A stretch of 64,000 bases of DNA, from NCBI GenBank assembly GCA_013239625.1, contig MU053881.1:15306373-15370372 (forward strand), read 5' to 3'. This document shows, piece by piece, positions 42,892 to 55,600 of the stretch. Numbering within the stretch: position 1 is the stretch's first letter; each line of letters starts with the position of its first letter. This DNA is from Lama guanicoe (Eukaryota). The translations under genes were made by a program, and so were the position numbers. The notes beneath the pieces were generated by a model, which was not told where the DNA came from, made no database searches, and was given only the letters and a program-made list of their open reading frames with translations.

Positions 42892-44429
42892 GTCTCGTTA
42901 CGCCAGCTCGGCTCTCCGCCTCCTTCTTCCCCGGCCAGGGCCTGACGGGCTGGGCGGGGCCTGGTCGGGTTTCCTTCCCCGTTTGCCTCCGCCCCTGGTC
43001 AGAGGAGGGAACCGGCGTCCTGGAAAGGTCTGCACATCTGGCGCGCAGCGAGCGCCATCTAGGCGCGCCTGGGCGCGGGGCCGACTCTTTTCCGTGTTGG
43101 GCGGGGGGGACATTGGAGTTTCCAGCCAGCATTTGGAACCAGACAGTCTGCGTGTGTCGCCTTTGCGGAGGGGGGACTGCAGGAGGGAAAGGGGACAGCT
43201 CCAGCCTGAGGCACGACGGAAAAGGCAGAAATTTAAACTTTCTGGGCTTCTGTTTGCCTGTCTGTAAAAGGGGCAGAACAATCAGAAATTTATCCCAAAA
43301 AGTTGTGAGGATGAAGAGAGTTTGTTTACTGAGCAGTGCTTGGCTTACAGGTCGTCCTCAAGGTAAGCTTTTATTATTGTTCTTGTGATGGGGAGCCTGA
43401 GTCTCAGGACCAGAAGGAAGACTGACACAGGTAGGATCTTACCCAGCCAGTCAGGATTCCAGGACTAGAGGTGTAGTTAGGATCCATGGGACCTCCCTCT
43501 TGGGGCACTGACTTGAAATCCAGGATTTTTTAAGTCCTCCCTGCAACCCTGCTCCGCAACATCCTATTCTCCCATTTTGAAGAAACTAAAGTTCAGAGAG
43601 GTTGAGTGACTGGCTTGAGGTCAGACAGCTTTTCTAGGAGACTCTACAGGGATACTGAGACCTTGGGTTTCTCACCTCAAGAGCCTTGACTGCCAGGCTA
43701 CCCTTTTCCCCTGCCTGCTCTCGCCTTTGCTGTTGTGGAGGCAAAAAACCCTGGATCTTAGGCTTCTACCTCTCTTGGGGCCCAGAGGAACATAAACATT
43801 GGTGGCCAAGGATGCAGGGCAAGTGAATTTCGAACACTGATCTTGTACCCAACCCTGCTAGGGAAGGTGGGCAAATTGTGCCTGTTTTACAGATGAGGAA
43901 ACAGGTGCAGAGAAGGAACGCCTTGTGCCCACAGTCCCGCCGCCATCAAGAGAGTAGGGCCCCACCAACCCACGTGTTCCCTCTTCCTCCGGGTCACCCT
44001 GACTGCCAACTTTTCTTCAAGGCTTCAAGAGCTGCTTTAGGGTTTGGTTTTTAACCCTGTGACCTCTTGTACCACCTTCAGGCAGATGTGTCAGGAAAGG
44101 GGCCTGGAGTGAGAAGGGGGCTGATGGGGGTGTCTTGACATGGAGGAGACCATGTTTTCTCGGGGGCAGAGCTCTTCAGGAGACTGAATCCCAGCTTGGG
44201 TGCCAGTTGGCTACCATAACCTCAGCCAAGTCCCCTCCCCACTGTGGTTTTTACCTCCTGTGCTGTGAAAAGGATGTGTTTCATGTGTCCAGATAACATG
44301 TCCCAGGTCAGAAGTTGGAAGGACTCGGTGTGAACAATGAAACAGTACTCAGGGGTGCCCTCTACAGCCCCCAATCTATAGAGACGGGGAGGCCCAAGGA
44401 GGTTTCGAGATCTACTGGGATACCCCCAA

Positions 44430-45145
44430 AATGTTTTCACCCACAGCACTTCTGACACCAAGTGTGTGGGTGTTTTTTTTCCCTACATCAACCAGTTCTT
44501 CCAACTCCAGACACCAACTGGATATCCTACAATTCAATTCTGACACGATCTGCCTGGAGTTAGCACAGACAACACAGGTGAAGGGTTCAGTCCCTCAAGT
44601 CCGCCCCCACTGCAGACGCAGGTCACGTGTCCCAGATTGCCACCTGTACTTCTGTAAACTTGACGGTTTCCACAACTCCCTCCTCAGGTTCAGTAATTTG
44701 CCAGAACATCTCCCAGAGCCCAGGAAAGCACTGTACTACTATTTCCAGTTTCTTATAAAGGATATAACTCAGGAACAGCCAGGTGGAAGAGATGCATAGA
44801 CAGTGTATCAGGGAGGTGCGGGGAGCTTCCATGCCCTCTGCACGCATCACCCTCCCAGCATCCCTATGTGTTCACCAATGCTTAGGCAGGATCGATTAAA
44901 TTACTGGCCTTTGGTGATTAACTCAGTATCCATCCTGTACCCTCACAGGAGGTGGGGCTGAAAGTTCGAATCCTCCCATCATGCCTTGATCTTTTTTTGG
45001 CGACCAGTCCTGGTCCTGAAGCTATCTAAGGGCCCCAGCCCTCTATTAGCATACAAAAGACACTTATCACTCCAGAGATTACTTAAGTTTTAGGAGCTCT
45101 GTGGCAAGAACCAGGGACAAAGACTAAATGTATCTTATATATTAA
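44430..45145. mobile_element. MER21-like LTR
   Basis: acttctgacaccaa...aattcaattctgacac...cctggagttagc motif series, recalled from MER21. Confidence 0.55.
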
Positions 45146-46855
45146 GATGAGAACCGTCCTAGTCACCGCTGAAACAAAGGACAGAAGTTCTGTCCAACAG
45201 CCATGTCCCTGGTTTTGCCCAAAGCCACAAGCACAGGGTGGAGAAGACTTAGGGAATCTTTGCAGAGGGAGGCTGGACGTTCCTGTTGGCCTCTTGCTTC
45301 AGTGGCTCCCCAGGGAGGCCAGGCAGAGGCCTCTGGGCCAGGCTGTGTGGCTTTGGCAGGACCCTGCTGAGCTGAGGCCAAAGTGTGTGTCAGCCCCGGC
45401 CCGGCCAGCAGTGATTCACCCCGGGCCTTGGCCCAGGCCCAGGATGTGACTGGGGACCGTGGCCTCACTTCCCCTTCCAGGACTGTGACTCAAGGTCAGT
45501 GCCCACTTTTGCGAGGCTGTTGGGGGATCGCAGGGGGCCTTGGGTCGGGTGCTACCCTAAGGAGCCCCTATCCTCAGAGCTGGACACAAACACCTGCCTG
45601 GCCTTTTAGTACATAAGTCAGAGCACAAGATCCTGGGCCTCCTTTGCTTTAAACCCTCTCGTAGCTTCCTGGCTCCCTCTCAACAAAGTCTAAACTGCTG
45701 TATTCCTCTCTGAAGCTCCTATACAGTCCTCCTTCTCTGCCCTCTTCTCCCTTGCCTCCAATGGCATTAGCCTCCTCCATGTTCCCTAAACATGCCCAGC
45801 TTGTTTTCACTCAAGGCCTTTGCATATGCTCTGCCCACCACTTGGGACTCCCTTCCCACATCTCTCCCAACTCTTTCTCTCCCTGTGGGGCTCAGCCTAT
45901 CCCACCCCCTCTTTGGTTCCTTCCTAGAAGTTTCACATCCCTTAATTATTTGAGTTGTTTGTGTCCTCAGGACCAGATCAGGTCCCAGCAAATGCCCAAG
46001 GAATGGGAAACTGAGGCCACCTCCAGGCACATGGAAGATTTTGGGGTCCCCTATGTGCTCAGAGCCCTAACTTTCTGCTCAGGATGGGCAGGCCATATGT
46101 AGTAACCACCATACTCCTTAGCCCTGAGCTGGCTCCTGCTTCTCCCCCTCCCCACTGAGTCTACCTTCTAGAACCTCCCCTCCCCCCAGGAGCTGGTGGG
46201 GATTGGCTGGAACCTGACTGTGAGTCACAAAGCCACTGTGGCACTAGGGCCCCAAGGCTGGCTATTCGGGCTGGTGGGTTCAGCTTCAAGGGCAGGTGAG
46301 TGAGGCTGGTGGTGAGTTTGGTGGGGGTGGGTACATGGCAATCTGGTCATTCTCCCCTGGAGCCGAGTGCCCTTGGAGTCCTCCCAGGCCCTGCAGGTGG
46401 CTCTGAGAGGTGGGTCAGCTCCACAGCCCCTCAGAGCAGAGGTGCTAGGGGCTCCAAAAGGCCTGATGGTGGGTTTGTCTGCCTTGGGGGCCCAGCCTGG
46501 AGAGCCTATCACATCTTCTTGAGAGCGTGGGAAAGTGGGCTTAGTTCAAGTTAAGACGTCGGGGAAACTGAGGCTCAGAGGGATTTACTCAAAATCGCCT
46601 TGCTGGCTACTTGGCTTATGTGTCAGGGGCTCCTATTCCTTCATCCCATCTCTTGCAATCTGGTTTCTCTTTTCCTGGCCTTCATATAACCCTTTTGGCT
46701 TTTATGTAATATTTGTTCCTATGAATTGTACGGTTTTGGACATTACAGTGAATGGTATTTTCTTCTCGTTTTCATTTCCAGATGGGTTTGTCTCAATACA
46801 GAAGAGCTGTTGGTTTTTGTATGTAGCCATGTGCCTTAGCAAAGATAGGAGACAT

Positions 46856-46906
46856 GATAGATAGATAGATACATACATAGATAGATAGATAGATAGACAG
46901 ACAGAC
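46856..46906. repeat. (GATA)n/(GACA)n microsatellite
   Basis: gatagatagatagat...gacagacagac. Confidence 0.9.
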
Positions 46907-47269
46907 ATATTTTTAAACTAGAATCTCTTGGGTCTTCTAGGGTGGCAATTCTTGCTAAGCGCTCCTCCTTTTCAAACATTTACACTGGTCACTCAAGTCT
47001 TTGTCACCTTGATTTTGCTGTGACCACCAAAAATGATGAAGGAGCAAGATGTTACCCGCCTGCAGCAAGGGTGGGTAACATCTTGCTCCTTCCTTTAATA
47101 GAAATGCTTCAGTATTTCATCATTTAAAATGACATTTGCTGTGGTTTTGTGATTAGGCTTACCATTTTTAGGCACTATCCTATCTATGTATTAAAAATGT
47201 TTATTAGAAATAGCTATTGGATTTGATAAAATGCTTTGGGTGTCCTTTTTGAAAAATCATGTGACTATC

Positions 47270-47361
47270 TTTTTTTCCCCCTTAATGGAGGTTCTGGGGA
47301 TTGAACCCAGGACCTTGTGCATGCCAAGCATGCACTCTACCACTTGAGCTATACCCTCCCC
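47270..47361 (-). mobile_element. tRNA-Ala-derived SINE
   Basis: Reverse complement of the SINE head (ggggattgaacccaggacc...gagctataccctcccc). Confidence 0.85.
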
Positions 47362-48356
47362 ACTTCTTCTGTTTCCTTTTCAATGGCCTATAATTGGAAT
47401 AACCAGTTTATCCTCTTTTATGTCCAGCTTCTTTCGCTCAAAACAATGTGAGATGTATTCATACCGTTGACCTCATGGGTCATTGATTTATAAATAAGTC
47501 AATATTTCTATTTATTTATATTAATACATTGATGAATATACAGCTGATTTATTCACTATTCTGTTGATGGGCACTTGGGTCGTTTCTGGTTTGGGATGAA
47601 TATAAACACTTGGACCTCTTGAGTCTATTCGTCAGGGTGGGATTGATGAGTAATCTTCAAGATTATCATTAGTTTCCCCAAGTGGTTGTAACATGTTCAT
47701 TTCTTAAATTTTAGCCATTCTTGTGTATCTGGATACCATTTCTAATGGCTGGATAGCACACCACTGTATGAATGTTCTACTGATTATTCTACTGATTAAT
47801 TTCAGGTATCTGTTAATAAGCATTTGGGTTGTTTCAGTTTTGACTCTTCTAAAACAATGCAGCAATGAACATCCTTAAACACTGTTCTTTATGCACTTGT
47901 AACTGACCCCTTAGCAATCACCTTTTTGGTTATTTCCAGTTGTTTTGTTTTTAGGTACAAAATAACACTGGAATAAACGTCCTTGCACCTTCATCTTTGT
48001 GAACTGAAAGTCTTTTTTTTTTAACCCAAAGACATGCATGTAGAGTAGATGCACTGACAGTTGTAGCAGAAGTGCTCATTTTTGACGATGGCTTTACCCC
48101 ACCCTATGGCTTGACTGGTATTTCTCTAGTTTTACCTCTGAATGCATAAGCTTTGCAAAAAAAAAAAAGATTCTTGTTTTGTTAGAGAATTTAGGTTTTT
48201 TTGCTTTTAACGTCTCTTCTCACATTGTTCTTGGGGACAGAGCCAGCCCAGGGCAGTGTTGCTGCACATTGCGTGGGATGAAGGGCTGAAAGCTGCTTCC
48301 TCTTGCAAGCTGGCTTCTGAGATTGCACCTTCTCCTCCTGCTCCTCTTCCAACTCT

Positions 48357-48369
48357 ATGACCCTCCAAG
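48357..48369 (+). other. IQCN: IQCN upstream exon end with ATG ACC CTC CAA G (MTLQG) and donor gtatga; splices to acceptor at 49605
   Basis: CAAG|gtatga donor at 48370 and acceptor ctccctgccaccttccacag|GCAGAGCTGAC. The product MTLQGRAD matches the human IQCN N-terminus as recalled, but here stops at TAA 49697-49699. Confidence 0.7.
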
Positions 48370-48499
48370 GTATGAAGTCTAGTTGGTCCAGCAGGAAGGG
48401 GGAAAACTTCTGCAAAATAAATGTGTTATGCTCTAGATTATATATCAGGGCTGCTTGACAATGTCTGAACTTTCTCTGCACCAAGGTCCTTCTGAAAGC

Positions 48500-49120
48500 C
48501 AGTCATCCCCTCATCCATCTTTCTACCCATCCTTCCATCTGCCATTGATCTATCCATCATCTATCAGTTATCCACTATCCATTCACTGATTCACCCAGCT
48601 GTTCATCAATCCACCTCCTATTCATTGATCTCTTTACCAATTCCTTCATCTTTCTTCATTCACACAGTCATTTATCTACTCAGATTTCATCCACCTGTCC
48701 ACCCACTCACCTATCCTCCCTCCATCTATCCATTTATGCCTCCACGCACCCATCCATCCATTTATCTATCTACTCATCTATCCATCCATCCATTCCTCCA
48801 TCCATCTATCCATTTATTCATCCATGCACCCAACTACACATCCATCCCATTTATCTGTTTACCCACTCATCCATCCATTTATCCATCCATCTATGGGTCC
48901 ATTTCCTTATTTACGGATCTGTTCATCAATTCAGCCATCAACTTCCTTTACTCATCCGTTTTCGATCCAATCCTTCATCCATCCTTCCAATGCATCCAAC
49001 ATTCATTCATCCACTGATTTATCCACTCAGTATCTAGTCCTGCCCATCTATCCATCCAACTTTCACTCTCTCACCCACTCATATATTAGTCAAGGTAGCC
49101 ACCCAGCCACTATCCACCTG
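48500..49120. repeat. Degenerate (TCCA)n low-complexity tract in the IQCN intron
   Basis: Many catccatcca/tatccatc units. Confidence 0.85.
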
Positions 49121-49634
49121 TTCACAGCCTGGAGCCAAGTCTTGTGACCGAGATGGGGACAGAGAAATGACTCAGATTTGGTTCCTACCTTCTAGGAATT
49201 CACAGTCAATGGGAAAAGGCAAATAATAACACCATGCACACACACACACAATGTGCACATATACACACAAACAAGATATTTCCAAAACAGTGTGATCAGT
49301 GCTGTACTCACAGTATGCTCCAGATACAGAGGAAGATTGAAAAGCTAGTAGGTGGTTGGCCATTCAGGTGAGAATGTGCACTGCATGCTAGTGTCAAAGT
49401 AGCTACAGGATGATGGGGAGACATAGGGACCAAAGGCCACCTGGGCATGTGGCCAGGAGAGAGAGGGCCTGCAAAAGAGAGGAGGAAGACTGCAAGGTGC
49501 CAGGAACAAGAAGATATAGGTCCAAGAGTGAGCACATACCCCAGCCAGGAGACCTCGTGTCTGCTGGCCCTACTCCCTGACTGCCTCCCTGCCACCTTCC
49601 ACAGGCAGAGCTGACCCGCCTAGGAACCAAGACA

Positions 49635-52600
49635 ATGCAGCAAGCAACACAGCTACAGGTGCCACCCAGTGGGCAGAGCTCCCACCAGCCCATCCCTAAT
49701 CTTCAGGACAAAGCGGGGATGCTGTGTCCACAGCTACAGATGTCACCCAGTGGGCAGAGCTCCTACCAGCCCATCCCCAAACTCCAAGACAAAGTGGGGA
49801 CACCACGTCCACAGCCCCAGCACCAGCCACCTGCATCCAAGGAGACCCTCCTGCAACAGCCTGACAAAGACAAGACGGTGGCTCGCCATATCCCACGCCT
49901 CCGGGCTGTGGTCGAGAGCCAGGCCTTCAAGAATGTCCTGGTGGACGAGATGGACATGATGCTTTCCCGCGCAGCCACCCTCATCCAGGCCAACTGGAGG
50001 GGCTACCGGCTCCGACAGAAGCTGATCTCTCAGATGATGGCGGCCAAGGCCATCCAGGAGGCCTGGCGACGCTTCAACACCAGGCGCCTCCTCCGGTCTG
50101 GCAAGACGGTGGAGAAAAGAGTGAAAATGGAGGAGAGGGACATTCCGTACCACCCACCCCAGCAGGTGCGGTTCCAGCATCCGGAAGAGGGCAAATCCCT
50201 TCTGGCCCCGCCCATCATGCTGAGCAAGGAGACTCAGTTCCCATCCTCTGACAGCTTGGCCACTTACAGCGAACAGCTGGCCCTGCTACAGTCCCAGGGC
50301 ATGTCACAGCCTGGCGTGCAGGCTACATGTGCTGTTGGAGGCCCCAGTGTCACCTTCCTGCCTCACCAAGCTGTCGCCATCAAACTTCCATGTCCAGTGA
50401 GTCTAGAGGCAAAGTGCCACCCATGCCTGCTGACAGGAACTGTCAGAAGTTCCTGCGTTGTCCGTGTAGAAGGTGACACAACGAAGACCAAGCCAGTAAC
50501 TTCCAGAGCCAACAAGGCAGAAGCCACAGGGCCACCACCGTCCGGAAGATATGCCCAGGCAGTACATGGACAGCTCAAGACCCAGACTCAGGCCCACATG
50601 GAAGCAGAGGTCTTCAAAGCCCCACCCCAGACAGGCCCAACATCTGTGATAACCAAGACCCCACCCCAGCCAGTGCCCACCATGACAGTCACCAAGACCC
50701 CGCTTCAGATGTACCCAGCAGCCAGGATAACCAAGACCCCACTCCAGCCTTGCCCAGTGCCCATGGTAACAATAACCAAGACCCCACTCCAGGTACACCT
50801 GGCAGCTCCAGTGACCAAGACCCCAGCCCAGACATACCCGGCAGCCACAGTGACCAAGACCCCACTCCAGTCGTGCCTGGCGGCCATGATGAACAAGATC
50901 CCACCCCAGCCATGCCCGGCACCAATGGTAACAATAACCAAGACCCCACCCCAAGTGTACCCGGCAGCCCCAGTGGCCAAGACGCCACCCCAGACGTACC
51001 CACCAGCCATGATGACCAAGACCCCACTCCAGTCGTGCCTGGCGGCCATGATGAACAAGATCCAGTCCCAGCCGTGCCCAGCACCTGCAATAACAATAAC
51101 CAAGACCCCACCCCAGCCGTGCCCAGTAACCCCAATGACCAAGACCCCAGTCCAGATGCGGCCAACAGCCTCAGTGACTAACACTTCACCTCAGACACGC
51201 CCGGCAGCCGTGATGACCAAGATCCCACCCCAGTTATGCCTGTTGGCCTCAATGATCAAGTCCCCACCCCAGACACGCCCCACAGCCACCATGACCAAGA
51301 CCCCGCCCCAGACATGCACGGTGCCGATGATGGCCAAGACCCCACCCCAGATGCGCCCGGCAGCTACGATGACCAAGACCCCATTGCAGACATGTCAGGC
51401 AGCCACGATGGCCAAGACCCCATCTCATCAGATGCTCCAAGGAGGCTCGGTGACCAAGGCTCCTCCCCAGACACGCCTGGCAGCCATGATAACTAAGACC
51501 CCGGCACAGTTACGCTCAGTAGCCACCATCCTCAGGACCCTGTGCCTGCCCCCTCCAGCAGCAGCTGAAAATCCGAAACCTTCACTTTCAGCAGCGGCAG
51601 CAGCCGGAATTCCTGACACCTCATCCCACACCTGTCTAAGTGGGCCAAAGACCAAGGCTGTGGGGAACACCAGGCAGGCAGCAGGGGTGGTCAAAGTCTC
51701 GTCCCGCTCATATTTGACTGAGGGAAAGGTGAAATATTTCTCCCCGTCACATCTGGGGGCTGGGGCTCCCAAGGTTCCAGCCAAGCCTCCTTTGGAAGGT
51801 GAGAAAATCAAGGCCTTCTCCCAGAAACAAGTGAAAATGGAAACCGTGTCTGATACCAGCGTCGCCATGGAAATACCTGGGGCTTTGTCCTGGGCAAAAG
51901 TGGCTGAGGACAGGAACAAGCAGGCCCACCTGAGGGCAGATATCATGAAGATTCAATCCCGGGTGTATGCGCCTGTAGAAACAGCTGTGGTGCCCCAGGC
52001 ACAGCTGGACACATGTCCCGCCAGAGTTTCGCCTCCGGCACAGCCAGGCCCATGTTCAACCACCATCTCATCCCAGAGACATCTGCTCGCTGAGCTGACC
52101 AGGGCTCTGCCCCAGGCCCACTTGGGCACGTGTCTGTCCAAGCCCCTGTCCCAGGCATATCTGTCTACCAAGCTGACCAAAGCCCCGTCCCAGGGGTATC
52201 CACCATCACCTGCTGAGCTGACTGCAGCCCCAGCCCAGCCACATCTAGTCACGTGTCTGTCCAAGGTGCAGTCCGAGGCCCATCTGCCCGCCAAGCTGAC
52301 CAAAGCTCAGTCCCAGGCACATCTGGTCACAGGAGCGATAAAGATCCAGTCCCAAGCCCATCTGCCCGCAGGGCTGACTAAGGCGCAGTCCCAGGCCCAG
52401 CTGGTCACAGAAACAGCCAAGTGCCTCCATGCAGCCCACCAGGCTGCCGAGCTCAGCAGCAAGACCCAGTCCCAGCCACTCCTGATTGGGTTCAAAGCTT
52501 CCACCCAGCCCTGCCAGCACATCAGTGCCCTGGGCACTCTGCCCCGAGCCAAGCCAGAGGACAGACTGACCCAGCTCCCGTCCCATAGCCATGTGCAGGC

Positions 52601-55600
52601 CAAGGCCACCCAGGGCCCATGCCAGGGGGTCTCTGAGACCCAGAACGTGCTGGTGCCTCTGCTGGCATCTGCTGGGCACACCACGTGCAATGTCGAATCC
52701 TGGGGGGACAGCGGAGCCACCCGGGCCCAGCCGTCAATGACCAGCTCGGCCCCGCCCTGCCAGGAGGAGCTGGCAGCCTCCCAGCTGGCCTCCCTATGTG
52801 CTGAGCTAGCCGCCGTGCTGGGCTCCCAGGAGGACCTCCGTGCCCTGCTGGCAAAAGCCCTCTCCCAAGGGGAAGTGAGGGCGGCCCTGAACCAGGCCCT
52901 GTCCAAAGAAGTCTTGGGAGCCACAATGGCCAAGGCCCTGCCCCAGGGCATCCTGGGCACGGCACTGGTGAAGGCGCTGTCCTGGGGCGAGCTGGGCACC
53001 ACCCTGTCCCGCGCCTTGTCCCAGGGTGAGCTGCGGGCGGAACTCACTAAGGCCATTCAGGGCCGACTGGCGGATGTGCTCAGCAAGGCCCTGACGGAGG
53101 AGGAGAGGGCCACCTTCAACCAGGCCCTGTGTCAGGGGGAGCTGGGCGCCGTTCTGAGCCAGTCTTTGTCTCAGGCGGCCTTGAGGTCTGGGGTTGTCCT
53201 TCCCAAGGCTTCCTCGAAAACAGCGGGAAGCAGGATGACGGTGATGCCAACCCCAGTGGAGGTGGACTACAGGGGGAGCCCATCGGCCGCATGGGGGCCC
53301 ACCCTGGGCTCCATGAGACTACAGCCTGGCAAGGTCAGGGTTCCTTGGGGTGGGGTGTGGGAGGGCTTTGTCACCAACTGGCCCTCTGGGCTCTTGGGAG
53401 AGATGGGGGATGGGGCCATGCTCTTGGGGTCACCCTGCTCATCAGTGGTCTCTGTGGGAGCCTTATTGACTGGTAAGGTGGTCACCACCATTCATCAGTA
53501 TTCCCTACTTGCTGCCCTGGACCCCACTCTGTCATGGGAGATGGGGCCCAGCAGCGACTCCTTAAACCTAAGCTCTGGGGTCAACGAGGAGAATGTGTGC
53601 CTGCACCCAGGGGCCAGTAAATTGGCATCAGATCTTAACCCGGTGTTGAGTGACATGGACCCCAATTTGCCCAAGTCACCCCACCAGCATCCTCCCTGCA
53701 GTCTCTGGCAGCCACTCACTGCCAATGGTGTGGGCCCTAGCACCAGCCGGCCATCATTGGCTGGTGGTGGCATGACTCCGAGTTCCCACAATCCACCTGA
53801 GGTCAGCACGGTGGCCCCACGTCCATGGGTGTCGTCGAGGGAGGGCAGGGTGGCACCAGCCAAGCTTCCCAGAACTACAGGTGGTAGGAGGGCCACCCAC
53901 TCCCACCAGTGTGCCGCCGCTTCTGGGGGGTCTGCTTGCTGGTGTCAGCCCTCAGGGGTTGGCAGGGTGCCCCCTGGTATGTGTCAACCTTTAGTGGCCA
54001 AAGGTCCCCAGCAGCCATCCATGGTCCCCAAGGAGATCCTGCAGAGGACTCAGTCCCCCAGTCATAGACGGGCCTCCATGGGCACTAGGGAGATGACCAA
54101 CAAGGTAACCCCAAGTCCACCGCGTGCCACCACGGTGACCAAGGTGCCCCTAATCCAACCACAGGCGCCCAAGGCCTGTGTCATAACCCCAGGTCTTCGG
54201 CCTGATTCCATGGCCCCTGGTCATCACTGGGCACTCAAGACTCAGGTTGACCCCTGTGTGTTCCAAGCCTCCCCAGGCAAGAGGTTGGCACTGACCCTTC
54301 CCTGTGTAGCCATCTCCAGGCAAGAGAAGAATCAAACACGGGGGACCATTTCCAGTGGGCGCTGCCCACCGGAGCTGGTGACTAACCATATACTCAAGGA
54401 ACTGGTGGCCAGTTTACCACAGGGTTCAGACAGTGACCTGGCCAGGAGCTTCTCCCAGGGCTCCACAGGCTACGGCCCCAATGTGAGCAATTCCCAGAGC
54501 TCACTGCGTAGTTGCAGTTCACTCAGCCTTTCCACCATGTCTGTGGCCAGCTTGACCACTGTTAACCTGGTGGAAGGGGAGTCCTGGGAAGCCAGTTTGG
54601 ACAAGGATTTTCATCAAGATGCTGGCCTCTCTGGAGAGGCCGGGGAGAAATCCCAGGTACCCGGGAATATGGAAGAGATTGAGAGAGCAGGTGTTGGGCA
54701 TGTGACCCTAAACCTCCACGACCAGTCCTCTGGAGCCTCAGAGCTGATCCCCATTCTGCATCACAGCTCAGTGTCCAGTCGCATGACCTTGAGTGTCCAC
54801 TGGGGCTCAGATGACTGGGATGAGGGAAATATGTCCTCAGGCCAAAGCTCCATGGATCTGAGGGAGAGCTTGTCCCAGAAATCCTATAGGGCTGGGTTGA
54901 CAAGAAGTCTGTCTTTGAATAATGTAGTCCCGACTGCATATCAGTGGTCATCTGTGGCCAGTAGGTTAACACCATGCCTATCACAACCCACAATAGCCAG
55001 TAAGGTGGCCCCAAACCCAAGCCAGCCTTCTATGGCCAGTAGGGTCATCCCCAGCCTATCTGAGCTCTCTATGGCCAGTAAGATGACTCCCAGCCTAGGT
55101 GTGCCATCTAAGACCAATAGGGTGGACCTCTGCCTAGCCCAGCCATGTAGGGTCAGTGGGGTGGCCATCAGCCTAGGCCAGCCACCTGTTATCTGTGAGG
55201 TAGCCCCCAGCCTAGCCCAGTCATTGATGACTTGTGAGGTGGCCCCCAGCTTTGCCCAGCCATTGATGGCTGGTGGGGTGGCCCTCAGCCTAGGCCAGCC
55301 ACCTGTGATATGTGAAGTGGCCCCCAGCCTACCTCAGTTATCAATGACTGATGAGGTGGCACCCAGCTTTGCCCAGCCATTGATGGCTGGTGGGGTCGCC
55401 CCCAGCCTAGCCCAGCCATCTATGACTGGTGGGGTCACTCCCAGCCTAGCCCAGACATCTGTGACCAGTGGGGTGACCCCCAGCCTAGCCCAGCCACCTG
55501 CGACTGGTGGGGTGACCCCCAGCCTAGCCCAGACATCTATGACCGGTGGGGTCACTCCCAGCCAAGCCCAGCCATCTGCGACCAGTGGGGTGACCCCCAG

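Noticed and set aside
48625..49147. His/Pro/Ser/Ile-rich ORFs
   Set aside because: Translations of the (TCCA)n low-complexity tract.
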